From the NCBI GenBank assembly GCA_010093995.1, contig ML992510.1, positions 75,504 through 139,503 of the forward strand: a stretch of DNA of 64,000 nucleotides. The letters are read 5' to 3'. A program made the position numbers and the translations under genes. The stretch is from Elsinoe ampelina. Lineage: Eukaryota. This document shows positions 25,661 through 38,153 of this stretch, one piece after another (position 1 is the first letter of the stretch; every line of letters begins with the position of its first letter). The notes under the pieces are model-generated. The model did not search any database. It was not told the origin of the DNA and saw only the letters and a program-made list of their open reading frames with translations.

Positions 25661-25835
25661 AAGCACGTTTTGGTGGTAAGTGACTTGTGTTTCTGTTTCT
25701 TCAACAACTTGTCCGCTCGGATTGTGACCACGAAAGGGCCACCGCTCGACGTCCCCTGTCAGTTGCATTCGGATTGCCAGTGTCTGTCTGTCTTATTCTA
25801 TTTCATACGAGGGTCGTCATCTTCACAAAGCAAAC

Positions 25836-26447
25836 ATGTCAATGTCCCACGGCAGCATGTCCTCTGGCAGTAGCCACGGCTCCAGCTCCAGCTCCTCCTC
25901 GATGAACATGACCGATAGGGGAGGCCACTCATCCATGATGGCCATGTCAGACATGATGATGACCTTCTTCACGTCCTCTTCGACGCCTCTCTTCGCCGAG
26001 AACTGGACGCCGAGCTCAACTGGCCAGTACGTAGGAACATGCATCTTCCTCATCGTCTTGGCTGTCATCTTCCGCGGTCTGGTCGCTGTCAGGTGCTCTT
26101 TCAATGAGCTATACTATCGCTATACACATCGTCAAGAGCCGTCCTGGAGAACAGCTCGGATTGGGCAGGACGAGAAGGATCGGAATGTGCAGACAGGATT
26201 GGTTAGGGGAGGGTGGACGGTGGAGGAGGCCGTGCCGAGAGCCGTGTTGGATACTATTCTTGCTGGTGTGAGCTATCTGCTGTGAGTATACGTGGATTCC
26301 CCTGGTCATGATGGAACGAAATCTGACTCAACCAGCATGTTGGCAGTGATGACCATGAACGTTGGATACTTCTTGTCGATTCTAGGCGGAGTGTTCTTGG
26401 GCAGTCTTTGCTTCGGCCACTTTGCCAACCACTCGGCAGTGCACTGA
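25836..26447 (+). CDS. Ctr family copper transporter
   Basis: Met/His/Ser-rich N-terminus, MMMTFF, three TM segments, and MLAVMTMN (MxxxM) after intron 26282-26335; C-terminal His. Confidence 0.93.
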
Positions 26448-26655
26448 GGAGCGAACTTGATAGGTCATTCATCGGGAAGGAAAGTACTTCATCACCATTC
26501 CCGAGGTCATGCTCCCCGTGAGCTACATATGTACGTGCTCTGTGTAATATCGACACCAGAAACGAATATCTTCCCCTCCTGCATCCATCGCTCCTATGTA
26601 CAACCACATCTCCGCCATCACCGCAGCCTCGTCAGTCCAGCCCAGTCATGCCCAA

Positions 26656-27478
26656 CTACAAGTTGGCATCGATGAAAGTCCTCAAGCTGCCCACCCTAGA
26701 GTAGACACCTGGCTTGCCCGCAGCAGCGCATCCCTCACCCCATGACACAATACCGACCAAAACCTTGTTGGCATCGACGAGAGGACCGCCACTGTCACCC
26801 TGGCACGAGTCCTTGCCACCAGCAGAAAGACCAGCGCAGATCATGGTATCGGTGATCCTGGAAGAGCCGTAGTTGGATTTACAAGTCGTGCGGGAGACGA
26901 TAGGGACGGTGACCCTCTGGAGGGTGGTGGGGATAGAAGACGAGCCGGAGCTGAGGGTACCCCAGCCTGCGACGACAGTGGAGGAACCAGCTGCGGGGTC
27001 GGAGCCGGCGGCCGCGAGAGTGCCGTACGAGATGGTCGAGCTTTGCGGCAGGGAGGTCGCGAGCTTGAGGATGGCGACGTCGCTGTCGAGTGCTGCGGCG
27101 CGGTTGAAGGCGGGGTTGTTGATGATGCGGGAGACGCTGACGACGGTGCCGCCGGAGGTTCGGCTCTGTGGATAGGTCAGCGGAGAGTAAGTGGTCTTGT
27201 GTGTCTGGGGGGCTTACCAAGCTGCCGGCGCGGATGGTCAGACCGCTGGTGGTGAGACCCTGGGTGCAGTGGCCTGCTGTCACCACGGTGTTGGCGTTTA
27301 CGAGAGTGCCACCGCAGAAGTGGGAACCGCTACGCTGGATGGAGACGATGAATGGGAACTCTCCGGCGGAAGCGGCGGTGCCTCCAACGATGTTCTCATT
27401 CTCGTCGACTTGGGGAAGTGCGGCGGCAAGCGCAAGGGCTGGTACCCCAAGGCCGATGAGGATGGCCTTGATCTGCAT
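26656..27478 (-). CDS. Secreted trypsin-like serine protease (S1A), ~256 aa
   Basis: Signal plus short propeptide, IVGG mature start, VTAGHC, DSDVAIL and [12 protein letters not shown] (S1 Asp indicates trypsin specificity). Intron 27166-27217. Confidence 0.96.
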
Positions 27479-28456
27479 GGTGGCTGGCTGACGAAGTCTG
27501 GAGCTGAGGACTACAAGGAGGAGAAGAGCGAATGGCTGTGGATGCTGAATCACTTTTGGACGGACTCACCCTACCTTTATATCACTCGGTCGTTCGCTTC
27601 GTGGAGTGTCACAATCGGTGATCCGGAGCTGATACCTTTCTACCAAGACTTCCTCCGGCGGGATTGCATCCGTGCTTCAATCATGCAATCGTCGTAACTG
27701 ATAGCCAAGCGCTCGGCTTGGAACACTTCCAAGGCACCGCGACACAGCGGTGTGGTCACATAACCTTGAGCTGCATACAGCACGTCGACGATAAGCAGCA
27801 AGGGAAAGGGACCTAGAGAAGCCGATGCCAACCATGATTCCATCCTAACACCCAGATGGTAAGGTGGTAGTCTAGCTTCGAATCTTCCAAACGAGGAGAA
27901 AGAAGTCGCATGGAACACCTGACCAGCCAAGTGGGGTCGAATGGATACTTCAATTGCGTTGTTCGCGGCAGAACGACGTGCTATTGGTCCTAGGTTCAGT
28001 CCTGGGGCTAATGATGGAGCGATTCCGGACGATTATGCTTAACCAGATAATATAATCATACTGCAGGAACCACGAAGCGAGAGCACAAGCTTCAAGGATC
28101 AGCGTTAGTGGTGGCAGATCAGCAGGGCCCGGGCTTGTCATGCGGAGAATAAAATGACAGGATGGAAACGCTAGGCCGTGGATATGCTTCTACGGCGGCT
28201 GCTACCTGCCACAACGGCAGCAAGTGCAAGGAGGGCTTCGTTCGCGTGTTGGACCAAGACTGATAACGCCATGACTGATAGAGGCAGGTCGAGCTTATAA
28301 TCATGAAGCTTCTTTTAGCGCCAATATATAAATCTTGGCGCCATGGCGGAGCTGCCCGGGGCCTGCTCGCTTCTTGGACTACGACCTGCGAGAACATATC
28401 ATTCACCTGCTGGCACCTCGCCTGCCATCATGTAGCCCGAGACAAGATTACGGCAA

Positions 28457-29025
28457 ATGCGGTACAAAGTCATTACCGGTCTAGCGTTCCTCGGAATTCT
28501 CGTTCTGTTCGCCGTAGGGTCGAAGTCTGCGAAGGACGCCAGCATGGACACCTTGGCGTCTCCTTTTACGATTTCAGTCGAAGGGAAGCCCATAGCCGAT
28601 GTTGGAGAGTCGACACTTGATACTGTCCAAGCGAAGATAGGGTCGAAGCCCGCGACTTTCTCTCTGAAGAATGGCTGGATCCACAGTGGAGACTGGGTAC
28701 TTGGAAGGGCAACAAGGGAGAACAGAAGTCTTCTTCCCAAGCAGGTCTTCTGGTTCAAAACGAGCCCGGACGTCCAGAGTCGAGTCCAGCCAGTGCAAGT
28801 CCGACACAAAGATGGCAGATACGAGATCAGTTTCTCGAGTATGCTCATCCCAGTGTGATACGACAGAAACGAGCTGACCTCATAGGTGCATGTCTGATCG
28901 TCGAAGACGGCAATATACTCGCTAGTCACTGCGAAGGTAAGCAAACGATGATTGTACCTTGGGTAATGATTTGCTGATTGCACCAAGACCTCGAGGATTC
29001 TTTTGTAGGCATAGACATGCAGTGA
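28457..29025 (+). CDS. Small secreted protein (~156 aa), putative I66-like beta-trefoil serine protease inhibitor
   Basis: N-terminal hydrophobic signal. Exons 28457-28838, 28886-28936 and 28988-29025 with canonical introns. Motif GRATRENRSLLPKQVFWF. The CDS call is firm; the function is inferred. Confidence 0.7.
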
Positions 29026-30448
29026 AAGAATGAAGTCTCCAACGTCTGACTTAGGAGCGGCCATGTTCATCCAAAGCTTTCTCTAGTATACCATGAACAG
29101 CCAGATGGAAGTGCAAATCCTAGCAGCAAGCTACTGTTGTTCCAAGCTAGCAATGCCGGAATCAGGGACTGATATGGCTCGCTAAGTTGGCGTGCCATCT
29201 GCATCAGATGAATGTCAATAATGCGCCGCGGAGAGGACGACCCTCTTAAGACAGGCGGAGCGGTAGTCGAGGATTGTATCGTCCACCTTCAGTACAGCAT
29301 CTTCATCAGTACAAGAGAGGAGAGTCGGAATCGGCGACTGGCTGCGAGATCAGCAGCATACGTGCAGATGTCAGAAGGCACATTTGGTTCGCAGCAGACT
29401 TCTGATGCCACCGCAATTCTCACAGTCCGGGTTTAGGGAATGCAAGGGCAGTCAATCGCTCGCGTGTGACCAATACAGAAGTGATGCATAGGCCAGGTAG
29501 TCGTCATTGACCTCCTTGCTCGGAAGCCAGCCACCATTGCTGTCTCTGACGTGGCGCCTATTGCGGTTGCATATTCGAGCGTCACGTGACAAGAACACGA
29601 ACTCGACAAGTGATTGAGCAAGGTCCGGCTCCTCATGCAGGAGAGAAAAAGCGTGGGTAGTTGACGATAGGACTGGATCTGCTTTTTGCCGCCGGCCAGG
29701 AACAGAGTTGTGATTGGCTGACGGATCAGCGCCTCCTCCCGCGGCGCAGTCGGTGCGGTCGGAGAGTGACCACCATTGTTTCAACTCCCTGTTCCTAAAA
29801 AGCGATGCGAACAGCGACGATCGGATGCTGCGATCACAAAGCTGGGATAGACGATAATTGACGAGTTGACCATGCGAGTCATCAATATTATGAGCTGGCT
29901 GTGTAACCACCCACGATGATCCACAGCAACAAAAAAACCAATCTCGTGGACATGATTGTCCCCAGAAACAGCCTTCGGAAAGCAGGAACAAGCCACCGGG
30001 ACTGGATCCAGTCTGTCACATCCCCACTTTTAGCCCATCCTGCTTCATTTCGCTCGAGATGAAGGCTACTCTAGCGCCTCGCTGCCCAGCACAATGCACG
30101 CTTCAGGTGCTCTTGTCAAGGTCTTGTCTGTTGCTGGAAGCGTGCAGCTGCCGTGCCGCCCAACACTGGACAAGGCCAGCGCCTAGGGGGACCGTCTTGC
30201 TTTTCATCTTGGTGCCATGTGAATTCCGGTCGTGTTTTGCTGTGCCACTCACCATCTCAATCTCTCACTTCTCGCCCTCTGTCCACCTTCGGTCTTCTGG
30301 AAAGTCGAATCTCTCCTCACGTTCTTTACCTAACCACCAGTCACTCATTACTATCAGTGTGCGCTTGCGCCACGTCAGTCATTCTTTACCAACGCCGACC
30401 AAGGATTGTACAAGAAAGACATATCCATATCACATATAACTCGAAAAT

Positions 30449-31821
30449 ATGAAGAACGCAATCATCGCGGCCGTCGCCGCCTCTGTGGGTGGTGTCACCG
30501 CCTGGGGTGACGCCTCTCTTGCTATGGATTCTCGTGGCAACAACTACCGCAACGCTGTCAAGGGTATGACGTTTGACAATGTCGGCGGCAGTGGTACCTA
30601 CAACCGTATTACCTACATGGACCCAGCGACTGCTCAGTGCTCATCCGAGCCGTTCAAGTACAGCGGCCCTCTTGGTCCCATGGGCGATGATGTGAGCGAA
30701 TTCGCGTGACTCTAGATATATGGCTCTGACATCAACAGGTGTCTATCCACGTCCGTGGCCCAACTCAATTGCTCAAATTCGCCGCCTACTCTGCACAAGC
30801 TCCAAAGAAAGCCAAGCGCGAGGAGAGCCACTTGAAGAGGCACCGCCGTCACGCCCACGGCAAACGTCATCAGCAACACCAGAAGCGCGCTTGCGGCGAT
30901 ATCGTCACCGCTACCTACCCCGACAACGGCGCCGTCTTTTCCTTCACATGGACCGACGGTTGTGCTCCAGGAGCTGCCCAAACCCCCGCCCCGGCTGCCC
31001 CAGCTAACGAGCCTGCTCCTGCACCAGCTGCTGCTACTCCCGAAGCGAAGGTCCAGTCAGCACCCGCTGTGGACAACAACTTCATCTCGGGCTCCTGGTC
31101 GCGTGTTGGATACTACGACGCTGATGCGCAGAAGAAGGAAGGCATTACATTCCTGAACAACAAGGGTGCGGACGGTATCTCTGGAAGCTGGTCCATGGCT
31201 CTCGGTAACTCTCTCTCATATGCCGCGGCAGATGGCTGCTCTCCAGCCAAAGAGGACACCATTCTCGCCAAGACCACCATTCCCAGCGTTGAGGAGTTCT
31301 CCATCTGGAGCTCGGAAAAGTGCGGTGCTAATGGCGGCGACTGTGGCTACTATCGTCCCGACACTGTCGCTCACAAGGGTTTCTCTGGTGTGCAAAAGGC
31401 CTTTGTCTTTGAGTTCCAAATGCCACACGGGCCGAACAATGGAGGCATGGCCGACGACTTGCCTGCTTTGTGGATTCTGAACGCGCAGAACCCCCGAACC
31501 ACCCAGTACGGCCCCGCTCAGTGCAAGTGCTGGAACAGTTGCGGTGAGATCGACATCTTCGAGACACTCGCTCCTGGTGAGAACCGTGCTATCGCCGCCA
31601 TTCACGGTAATGCTGGTTTCCGAGGTGGCAATGTCGACTACTTTGACCGCCCCACTGATGCTCCCATCATCTTCGCCGCCGTGCTCATGGACAACAAGGT
31701 GCACCTCAAGGTTCTCGACAGCTTTGACTTTGGTGCCGGCTCCGGTCCCGCTATGGTTGACCTCGTCAGGTCATCCACCTCGACTGCAGGCAACGGCGTT
31801 TCTATCGCCTCTGTCTACTAG
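30449..31821 (+). CDS. TOS1/PGA52-like secreted cell-wall protein (DUF2403+DUF2401; putative circularly permuted beta-1,3-glucanase)
   Basis: Signal peptide; GTYNRIT..YSGPLGP, VSIHVRGP, His-rich HRRHAH linker, DLPALWILNAQNPRTTQYG and GEIDIFE. Intron 30692-30738. Confidence 0.88.
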
Positions 31822-32656
31822 TCTCAATCAATCTGCACATAGCGTGTCAAGTCTGTGCAAATACAGGAAATGGCGCTCACGGGAGCAATGTGAAATACGG
31901 CTAAAAGGGTGGTTATTGCTATCTGACTTTCTATTCATGCACACTTTGTTGATATTTGAGGGTGAAGAGGTAGATCTGCCGTCGCTGGCAGGTCTGGTGG
32001 GACATTGACTCTGGCAGTCGCGTCATGAAGCTCGTTGACTGCGCGGATACCATTGATAGTTGGGAGAGAATACCATTTGATGTTATGGATGTTTGTTTTA
32101 TCTGTCACGTGATCCACATGACCGTTGCAGCCTCCGTCGCCGTCAGCATGTTATTCATGATGATCCAGCCAATGACTAGATGATCATGCACGACTAGGCC
32201 ACGATACCCATGTATGCTGATCCAATTCAAGATGGATAGGGCTAGTTATTGATCAAACCTCGGTGGATGCGATCATGAGTTGTGAGGATGCATGGATGGA
32301 TTTCCTTGGCTGAATCCTCGTGCCTCGGCTGCCGTTGTTCTCGGTCTGCCTTCCCGCCTCCACCCTCAAAGACTGACGACAGAATCGCGAACCCTTTTCC
32401 ATCAGTTCCTCACCACTCCTCCAAACGTCATTCACTAGCCGCGAAAATTCACGACACTTTCTCATCCACCTCTGTATAGCTCCTACAGCTTCTACGGAAA
32501 CTTCCAGCGAGCGCAGAGACACATTCGGCCGGGGTTCGACATCTTAGTAATCGAGGCGCAGGCCTCTCGTCGCAGCGCCGACCGGGACGCTCGATGAGGT
32601 TCTGAGGCCCGATAGACCACAAAGTCCGGAACCCAGCATCATCAAATAGTGGCGAC

Positions 32657-34060
32657 ATGTCCAACCCGTCGCCTCCGAAGCCTTGGGAACGACCTGGTGC
32701 AGGCGGAACGAGTGCGACCACATCTCCAATCACCACCACATCACCTACCTCGGCTACCTCGAGTGCAACGCCGGCACTACCATCACGACCTGACACCCTG
32801 AACTCAGTCATCAATCAGACCGCCTCGAATTACACGTCTTCCCCATACGCGAATCGCATGGGATCGTCGCCGTACGGCTACGGTGGCATGTCTTCGTATT
32901 CGTCACCTTACTCGCGGATGGGAGGGGGATATGGTGGAATGGGTGGATACGGCGGGATGGGTGGGATGTACGGAGGAGGATATGGCGGTTACGGCGGGAT
33001 GGGAGGCATGTACGGTGGTGGAATGTATGGAAATGGCATGGGTATGCCAGGACAAGAGCAGAGCTTGACACAAAGTTTCAGTCAAAGCACGCAGGCTACG
33101 TTCCAGATTATTGAGAGCATAGTGGGTGCGTTTGGAGGATTTGCACAGATGTTGGAGAGCACATACATGGCTACACATTCTAGCTTCTTTGGTAAGTGCA
33201 TGATCGGTCTGGAATACAAATTTAGCTAACAACCTTTAGCCATGGTTTCGGTAGCAGAGCAATTTGGCAACTTGCGCAATACGCTAGGATCGGTTCTAGG
33301 GATCTTCACAGTTATCCGATGGATCCGTACAGCTATCGCGAAACTCACTGGTCAGCCTCCGCCAGCATCTTCCACCGATCTCACTCCAGCCAACTTCCAC
33401 TCTTTCTCCGGCCGTGCTCCAGACGGCTCTCCTGCCCCACCCAAGGCTTCCAAGAAGCCATTCATCATCTTCCTCGTGACCGCCTTCGGTCTTCCATATT
33501 TGATGGGCAAGCTCATCCGATCTCTCGCAAAGTCGCAAGAAGAGGAAGAGAGGCGGCGGATGGCTGCGAACCCACAAGCTTACGCTGGACAGGACGGTCA
33601 GCTCGATCCATCCAAGCTCGACTTCTGTCGAGCTCTGTACGACTTCACCCCAGAGAACAACGCGCAAAGCGTACAAGGTGTCGATCTTGCAGTCAAGAAG
33701 GGAGACCTCGTGGCAGTGCTAAGTAAGACCGATCCGCTCGGCAATGCAAGCGAATGGTGGCTCTGCCGCGCTCGTGACGGACGAAAGGGCTACCTTCCAT
33801 CACCGTATCTGGAGACCATTCAACGACGACAAGCCATCACGAGCGGCAGCCAAAGTGGCAGCCCTAACGGAAGCAGAGTGCAGACCATGACGAGCACAGT
33901 CGCGGATTTTGCGCAGAAGAATCAGGAGCGGAAGATGGATGATATTGTAGACAGAGAAAAGGAGATGATCCGAGCTGAGAAGAACAAGCCCGAGCTGAAA
34001 GGGAAGATGGGTGATGTAGGAGTGGAGAGCTTCCAAAAGGGTTGGATGAACAACAACTAG
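32657..34060 (+). CDS. PEX13: Peroxin 13 (peroxisomal docking SH3 protein)
   Basis: PPKPWE start, Tyr/Gly-rich region, TQATFQIIESIVGAFGGFAQMLESTYMATHSSFF, TM, and SH3 (ALYDF...WW...GYLP). Intron 33192-33239. Confidence 0.97.
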
Positions 34061-34353
34061 AGTAAAGCGAGGACTTGACGAGTTACGATCATTTTGTGAC
34101 AATTACTTCAAGCGGCTTGTACATTTCAGGTATACACCAGCAGTGTAAGCACCATCAAAAGCGATCCCCACACCATCATTCCATCGTGAATCATCGTCTC
34201 CGCCAAAAGTGGCCGCACGTGAATCCCTCGCCGCAGCCCAAGCTCCACCCTCCGCACGGCCCCTCCCGCACCAAAACTTCTCCACCTCACCTGCACCTCG
34301 ATCCCATCCTCACCACCACCTCACCCACCCTTTTTTCCCCGTACACATCCACC

Positions 34354-37300
34354 ATGGCCGACCCTACCCCCAACGGCCACTCCCTCGTGGGGCAGTACAC
34401 CGCCACCCGGGCCCAACTGGACGAATACGCGCACGGCGAACACGAAGAAGCCGACCCGCTGATCGGGCGGGAAAAATCACGGCAGATCGCCGACCGCGAG
34501 ACGGACTACCAGAAGAGGCGGTTCGCGCGGAATCTGGATGAAGATGGGGGACGGGCGGGGGAGAGTTTCAAGGAGGTGATGGCGAGGAGGGAGGTGGAGA
34601 GGGAGGAGGAGAGGGTGAGGAAACTTATCGAGGAGAAGAAGAAGGAGGAGGAGGAGGAGGGGAGGATGGATGTTGATGATGCAGAGCAGGGGAGGTTGGA
34701 GAATGGGAAGGTCGCGGGGGTGGTTGAGGATAAAGAGAATGTCAATGGGGAGGCGCAGGCGAAGGCTGAAGGGAGGAAGCGGAGGAAGAGGTGGGATACG
34801 GGAGGCGGGGAGACGAATGGCGATGCTGAGGCGGAGCAGAAGGTCGTGAAGAAGAGTAAGTGGGATGAACCTACTGCGGTGGTCGCGCCGAAGAGGAAGA
34901 GTCGTTTCGATGCGGCGCCTGCGATGGGGGGCGTGGGGAAGGACGATGGGTTGCCTGCGCCGATACCTGCGATGGCCTACACGGGAGATGTGAGGAATGC
35001 GCCGCTGTCGGACGAGGAGCTGGATGAGATGCTACCTGGTGAGTCGGAGGGGTACAAGGTTTTGCCTTTTCCGCCGGGGTATGAGCCGCTTAGGGCGCCG
35101 GTGCATAGGATTTCGAGCGCGCCGCAGTCGTTGCAGGGAGGGTTCATGATGCAGCAGAGTGTGGATCCGAAGATGATGGGGAAGGATCTTTCGAATGAGC
35201 TGGCGGGGATTGGGGATTTGAAGATGAAGCAGGAGGATATGGCATACTTTGGGAAGCTGGTGGATGGGGCGGACGAGAGCGAGATGAGCGTGGAGGAGCT
35301 GAAAGAGAGGAAGATCATGAGGTTGCTGGTCAAGGTCAAGAACGGGACACCGCCGATGAGGAAGACTGCCCTGCGACAGCTGACGGATAATGCGAGGTCG
35401 TTCGGAGCTGGACCACTGTTCGATCAGATCTTGCCGCTACTCATGGAGAAGACGCTGGAAGATCAGGAACGTCACTTGCTGGTCAAGGTTATCGACAGAA
35501 TCCTCTACAAACTGGACGAGCTGGTCAGACCATACACGCACAAGATCTTGGTTGTCATCGAACCGTTGCTCATCGATCAAGACTACTATGCGCGAGTGGA
35601 AGGTCGGGAAATCATCTCTAACCTCGCAAAGGCTGCTGGACTGGCACACATGATTTCGACGATGAGACCGGACATCGATCACGCAGACGAGTATGTGCGA
35701 AACACAACAGCAAGAGCCTTCGCAGTTGTAGCGAGTGCACTTGGCATTCCAGCATTGCTACCTTTCCTCCGCGCTGTCTGCAGGTCCAAGAAGTCATGGG
35801 CGGCCAGACACACCGGTGTCAAGATCGTACAACAGATTCCTATCTTGATGGGCTGTGCTGTCTTACCACATCTCAAGGGTCTGGTCGACTGCATAGCAGC
35901 GAACCTGCAAGACGAACAGCTGAAGGTCAGGACGGTCACTGCACTCGCTATCGCCGCCCTCGCGGAGGCGTCCAACCCGTACGGTATCGAGAGCTTTGAC
36001 GATATCCTTCATCCTCTGTGGCAAGGTGCCCGCAAGCAGCGAGGCAAGGGTCTGGCTGCGTTTCTCAAGGCTGTCGGCTTCCTCATTCCGCTCATGGATG
36101 AAGAGTATGCCAACTACTATGTCAGTCAGATCATGGAGATCTTACGACGAGAGTTCCAATCACCAGACGAGGAGATGAAGAAGGTTGTACTCAAAGTCTT
36201 GTCACAGTGCGCCAACACAAATGGTGTCACTGCTGGATACTTAAAGGACGAGGTGCTGCCCGACTTTTTTAAGAACTTCTGGGTCAGACGTATGGCACTC
36301 GATCGACGCAACTATGCTTCGGTGGTTGAAACGACAGGCGATTTGGCAAAGAAGGTCGGATGTGGTGAAGTGGTATCACGGATTGTCAACAATCTCAAAG
36401 ATGAGAGCGAGGCATACCGCAAGATGACCATGGAGACGATCGAAAAGGCCATCTCAGCACTTGGAGCCTCTGATATTGACGAGAGATTGGAAGAACGACT
36501 CATCGACGGTATCCTCGTTGCATTCCAAGAACAAACCGTGGAAGACATCACGATGCTCAACGGCTTTGGTACGATCGTCAACTCTCTCGACGTCCGCTGC
36601 AAGCCATACTTCCCCCAGATCGTCACTACCATCTTCTACCGCTTGCAGAACAAGTCTCCAACTGTCCGACAACAAGCCGCCGACCTCGTTTCCCGCATTG
36701 CAATTACCATGCAACACTGCAATGAAGACGCTCTCATGGGCAAACTCGGCGTTGTCCTCTACGAGAACCTGGGAGAAGAATACCCCGAAGTCCTCGGCTC
36801 CGTGCTCGGCGCCCTCCGTTCCATCGTCGCCGTCGTCGGTATCTCCCAAATGCAACCCCCCATCCGCGACCTGCTCCCCCGCCTCACCCCCATCCTCCGC
36901 AACCGTCACGAAAAAGTCCAAGAAAACACCATCGACCTCGTCGGGCGCATCGCCGACCGCGGGCCCGAAACCGTCAACGCCCGAGAATGGATGCGCATCT
37001 GCTTCGAACTCCTCGACATGCTCAAAGCGCACAAAAAAGGCATCCGCCGCGCTGCCAACAACACCTTCGGCTTCATCGCCAAAGCCATCGGGCCGCAAGA
37101 CGTCCTCGCGACGCTCCTCAACAACCTCCGCGTCCAAGAACGGCAATCCCGCGTCTGCACCGCCGTGGCCATCGGCATCGTGGCCGAGACCTGCGCGCCC
37201 TTCACGGTCCTCCCGGCGCTCATGAACGAGTACCGGGTCCCCGAACTCAACGTGCAAAACGGGGTCCTCAAATCCCTGAGTTTCCTCTTCGAATACATCG

Positions 37301-37749
37301 GCGAAATGGCAAAAGACTACGTCTACGCCGTGGTGCCCCTCCTCGAGGACGCGCTCATCGACCGCGACCAGGTCCACCGCCAGACGGCCGCGGCGGTGGT
37401 CAAGCACATTGCCCTCGGCGTGGTGGGGCTGGGCTGCGAGGACGCCATGCTGCACTTGCTCAACCTGGTCTGGCCCAACATCTTCGAGACGTCGCCGCAC
37501 GTCATCGACCGCATGATCGAGGCGGTCGACGCCATCCGCGTGGCCGTCGGCACCGGGACCGTGGCGAATTACCTCTGGGCCGGCCTGTTTCATCCCGCGA
37601 GGAAGGTCAGGACGCCGTATTGGAGGGTTTGGAACGAGATGTACGTTGGCCAGGCCGATGCGTTGGTGCCGTATTATCCGGCGGTGGAGGCGGAGGGGGG
37701 CGCGGGGATGAGGAGGGTGGCGGGGGAGGAGTTGTTGGCTTTTTTTTAG
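34354..37749 (+). CDS. SF3B1: U2 snRNP splicing factor 3B subunit 1 (Hsh155/Prp10), ~1131 aa
   Basis: CCACCATGG start; ULM-like RKRWD/KSKWD/KSRFD motifs; [17 protein letters not shown] and HEAT-repeat region ([21 protein letters not shown]...[10 protein letters not shown]). Confidence 0.98.
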   Translation: MADPTPNGHSLVGQYTATRAQLDEYAHGEHEEADPLIGREKSRQIADRETDYQKRRFARNLDEDGGRAGESFKEVMARREVEREEERVRKLIEEKKKEEEEEGRMDVDDAEQGRLENGKVAGVVEDKENVNGEAQAKAEGRKRRKRWDTGGGETNGDAEAEQKVVKKSKWDEPTAVVAPKRKSRFDAAPAMGGVGKDDGLPAPIPAMAYTGDVRNAPLSDEELDEMLPGESEGYKVLPFPPGYEPLRAPVHRISSAPQSLQGGFMMQQSVDPKMMGKDLSNELAGIGDLKMKQEDMAYFGKLVDGADESEMSVEELKERKIMRLLVKVKNGTPPMRKTALRQLTDNARSFGAGPLFDQILPLLMEKTLEDQERHLLVKVIDRILYKLDELVRPYTHKILVVIEPLLIDQDYYARVEGREIISNLAKAAGLAHMISTMRPDIDHADEYVRNTTARAFAVVASALGIPALLPFLRAVCRSKKSWAARHTGVKIVQQIPILMGCAVLPHLKGLVDCIAANLQDEQLKVRTVTALAIAALAEASNPYGIESFDDILHPLWQGARKQRGKGLAAFLKAVGFLIPLMDEEYANYYVSQIMEILRREFQSPDEEMKKVVLKVLSQCANTNGVTAGYLKDEVLPDFFKNFWVRRMALDRRNYASVVETTGDLAKKVGCGEVVSRIVNNLKDESEAYRKMTMETIEKAISALGASDIDERLEERLIDGILVAFQEQTVEDITMLNGFGTIVNSLDVRCKPYFPQIVTTIFYRLQNKSPTVRQQAADLVSRIAITMQHCNEDALMGKLGVVLYENLGEEYPEVLGSVLGALRSIVAVVGISQMQPPIRDLLPRLTPILRNRHEKVQENTIDLVGRIADRGPETVNAREWMRICFELLDMLKAHKKGIRRAANNTFGFIAKAIGPQDVLATLLNNLRVQERQSRVCTAVAIGIVAETCAPFTVLPALMNEYRVPELNVQNGVLKSLSFLFEYIGEMAKDYVYAVVPLLEDALIDRDQVHRQTAAAVVKHIALGVVGLGCEDAMLHLLNLVWPNIFETSPHVIDRMIEAVDAIRVAVGTGTVANYLWAGLFHPARKVRTPYWRVWNEMYVGQADALVPYYPAVEAEGGAGMRRVAGEELLAFF

Positions 37750-38153
37750 TGGGGCGAAGGGAGGGGCTGGGGCGGGGTTTGGGGGATGGAGGAGGGATGT
37801 TTGGGGAGCATGAGGGGCGTTTGTATATTAAGCATACCCAGTCGAGAGAATGTGATCATGTTGCAGTCATTTGGCGTTCGATATGGTGGCGATATCGTTG
37901 GACAATGGTCTGGTAGTTTTTGCTGAAGTCTGGTAGTCAGTCACCCGGACACCTCATGCTGACACTATCACGCGATGAGTGGTAACCTTCACATCGAATC
38001 ACGAGGTAGAAACCACATTCGATCGTGAGGTAGAATTCCCATTCGATCAATCTGCCCTGCCCACCCAAGCTTTATGCACCCCATTACCTTTCCCTCCCTC
38101 ATGAACGCCTTTCCCCCAGCCAGTCCTATGCAGTCTATACACCCCCCCCCCAT

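Noticed and set aside
34075..34353. 93-aa N-terminal extension of SF3B1 from a TTG start
   Set aside because: Non-ATG start immediately after the PEX13 stop; strong Kozak ATG at 34354.
35900..37080. Possible splicing-inhibitor self-resistance or hotspot variants in SF3B1
   Set aside because: By eye the K700-equivalent (EQLKVRT) and R1074-equivalent (KGIRRAANN) regions look like ordinary fungal sequence, and no biosynthetic cluster is nearby.
36454..37916. Long antisense and alternate-frame ORFs over SF3B1, with C-rich and G-rich skewed blocks
   Set aside because: Shadow ORFs from GC-rich third positions; the SF3B1 frame explains the sequence.
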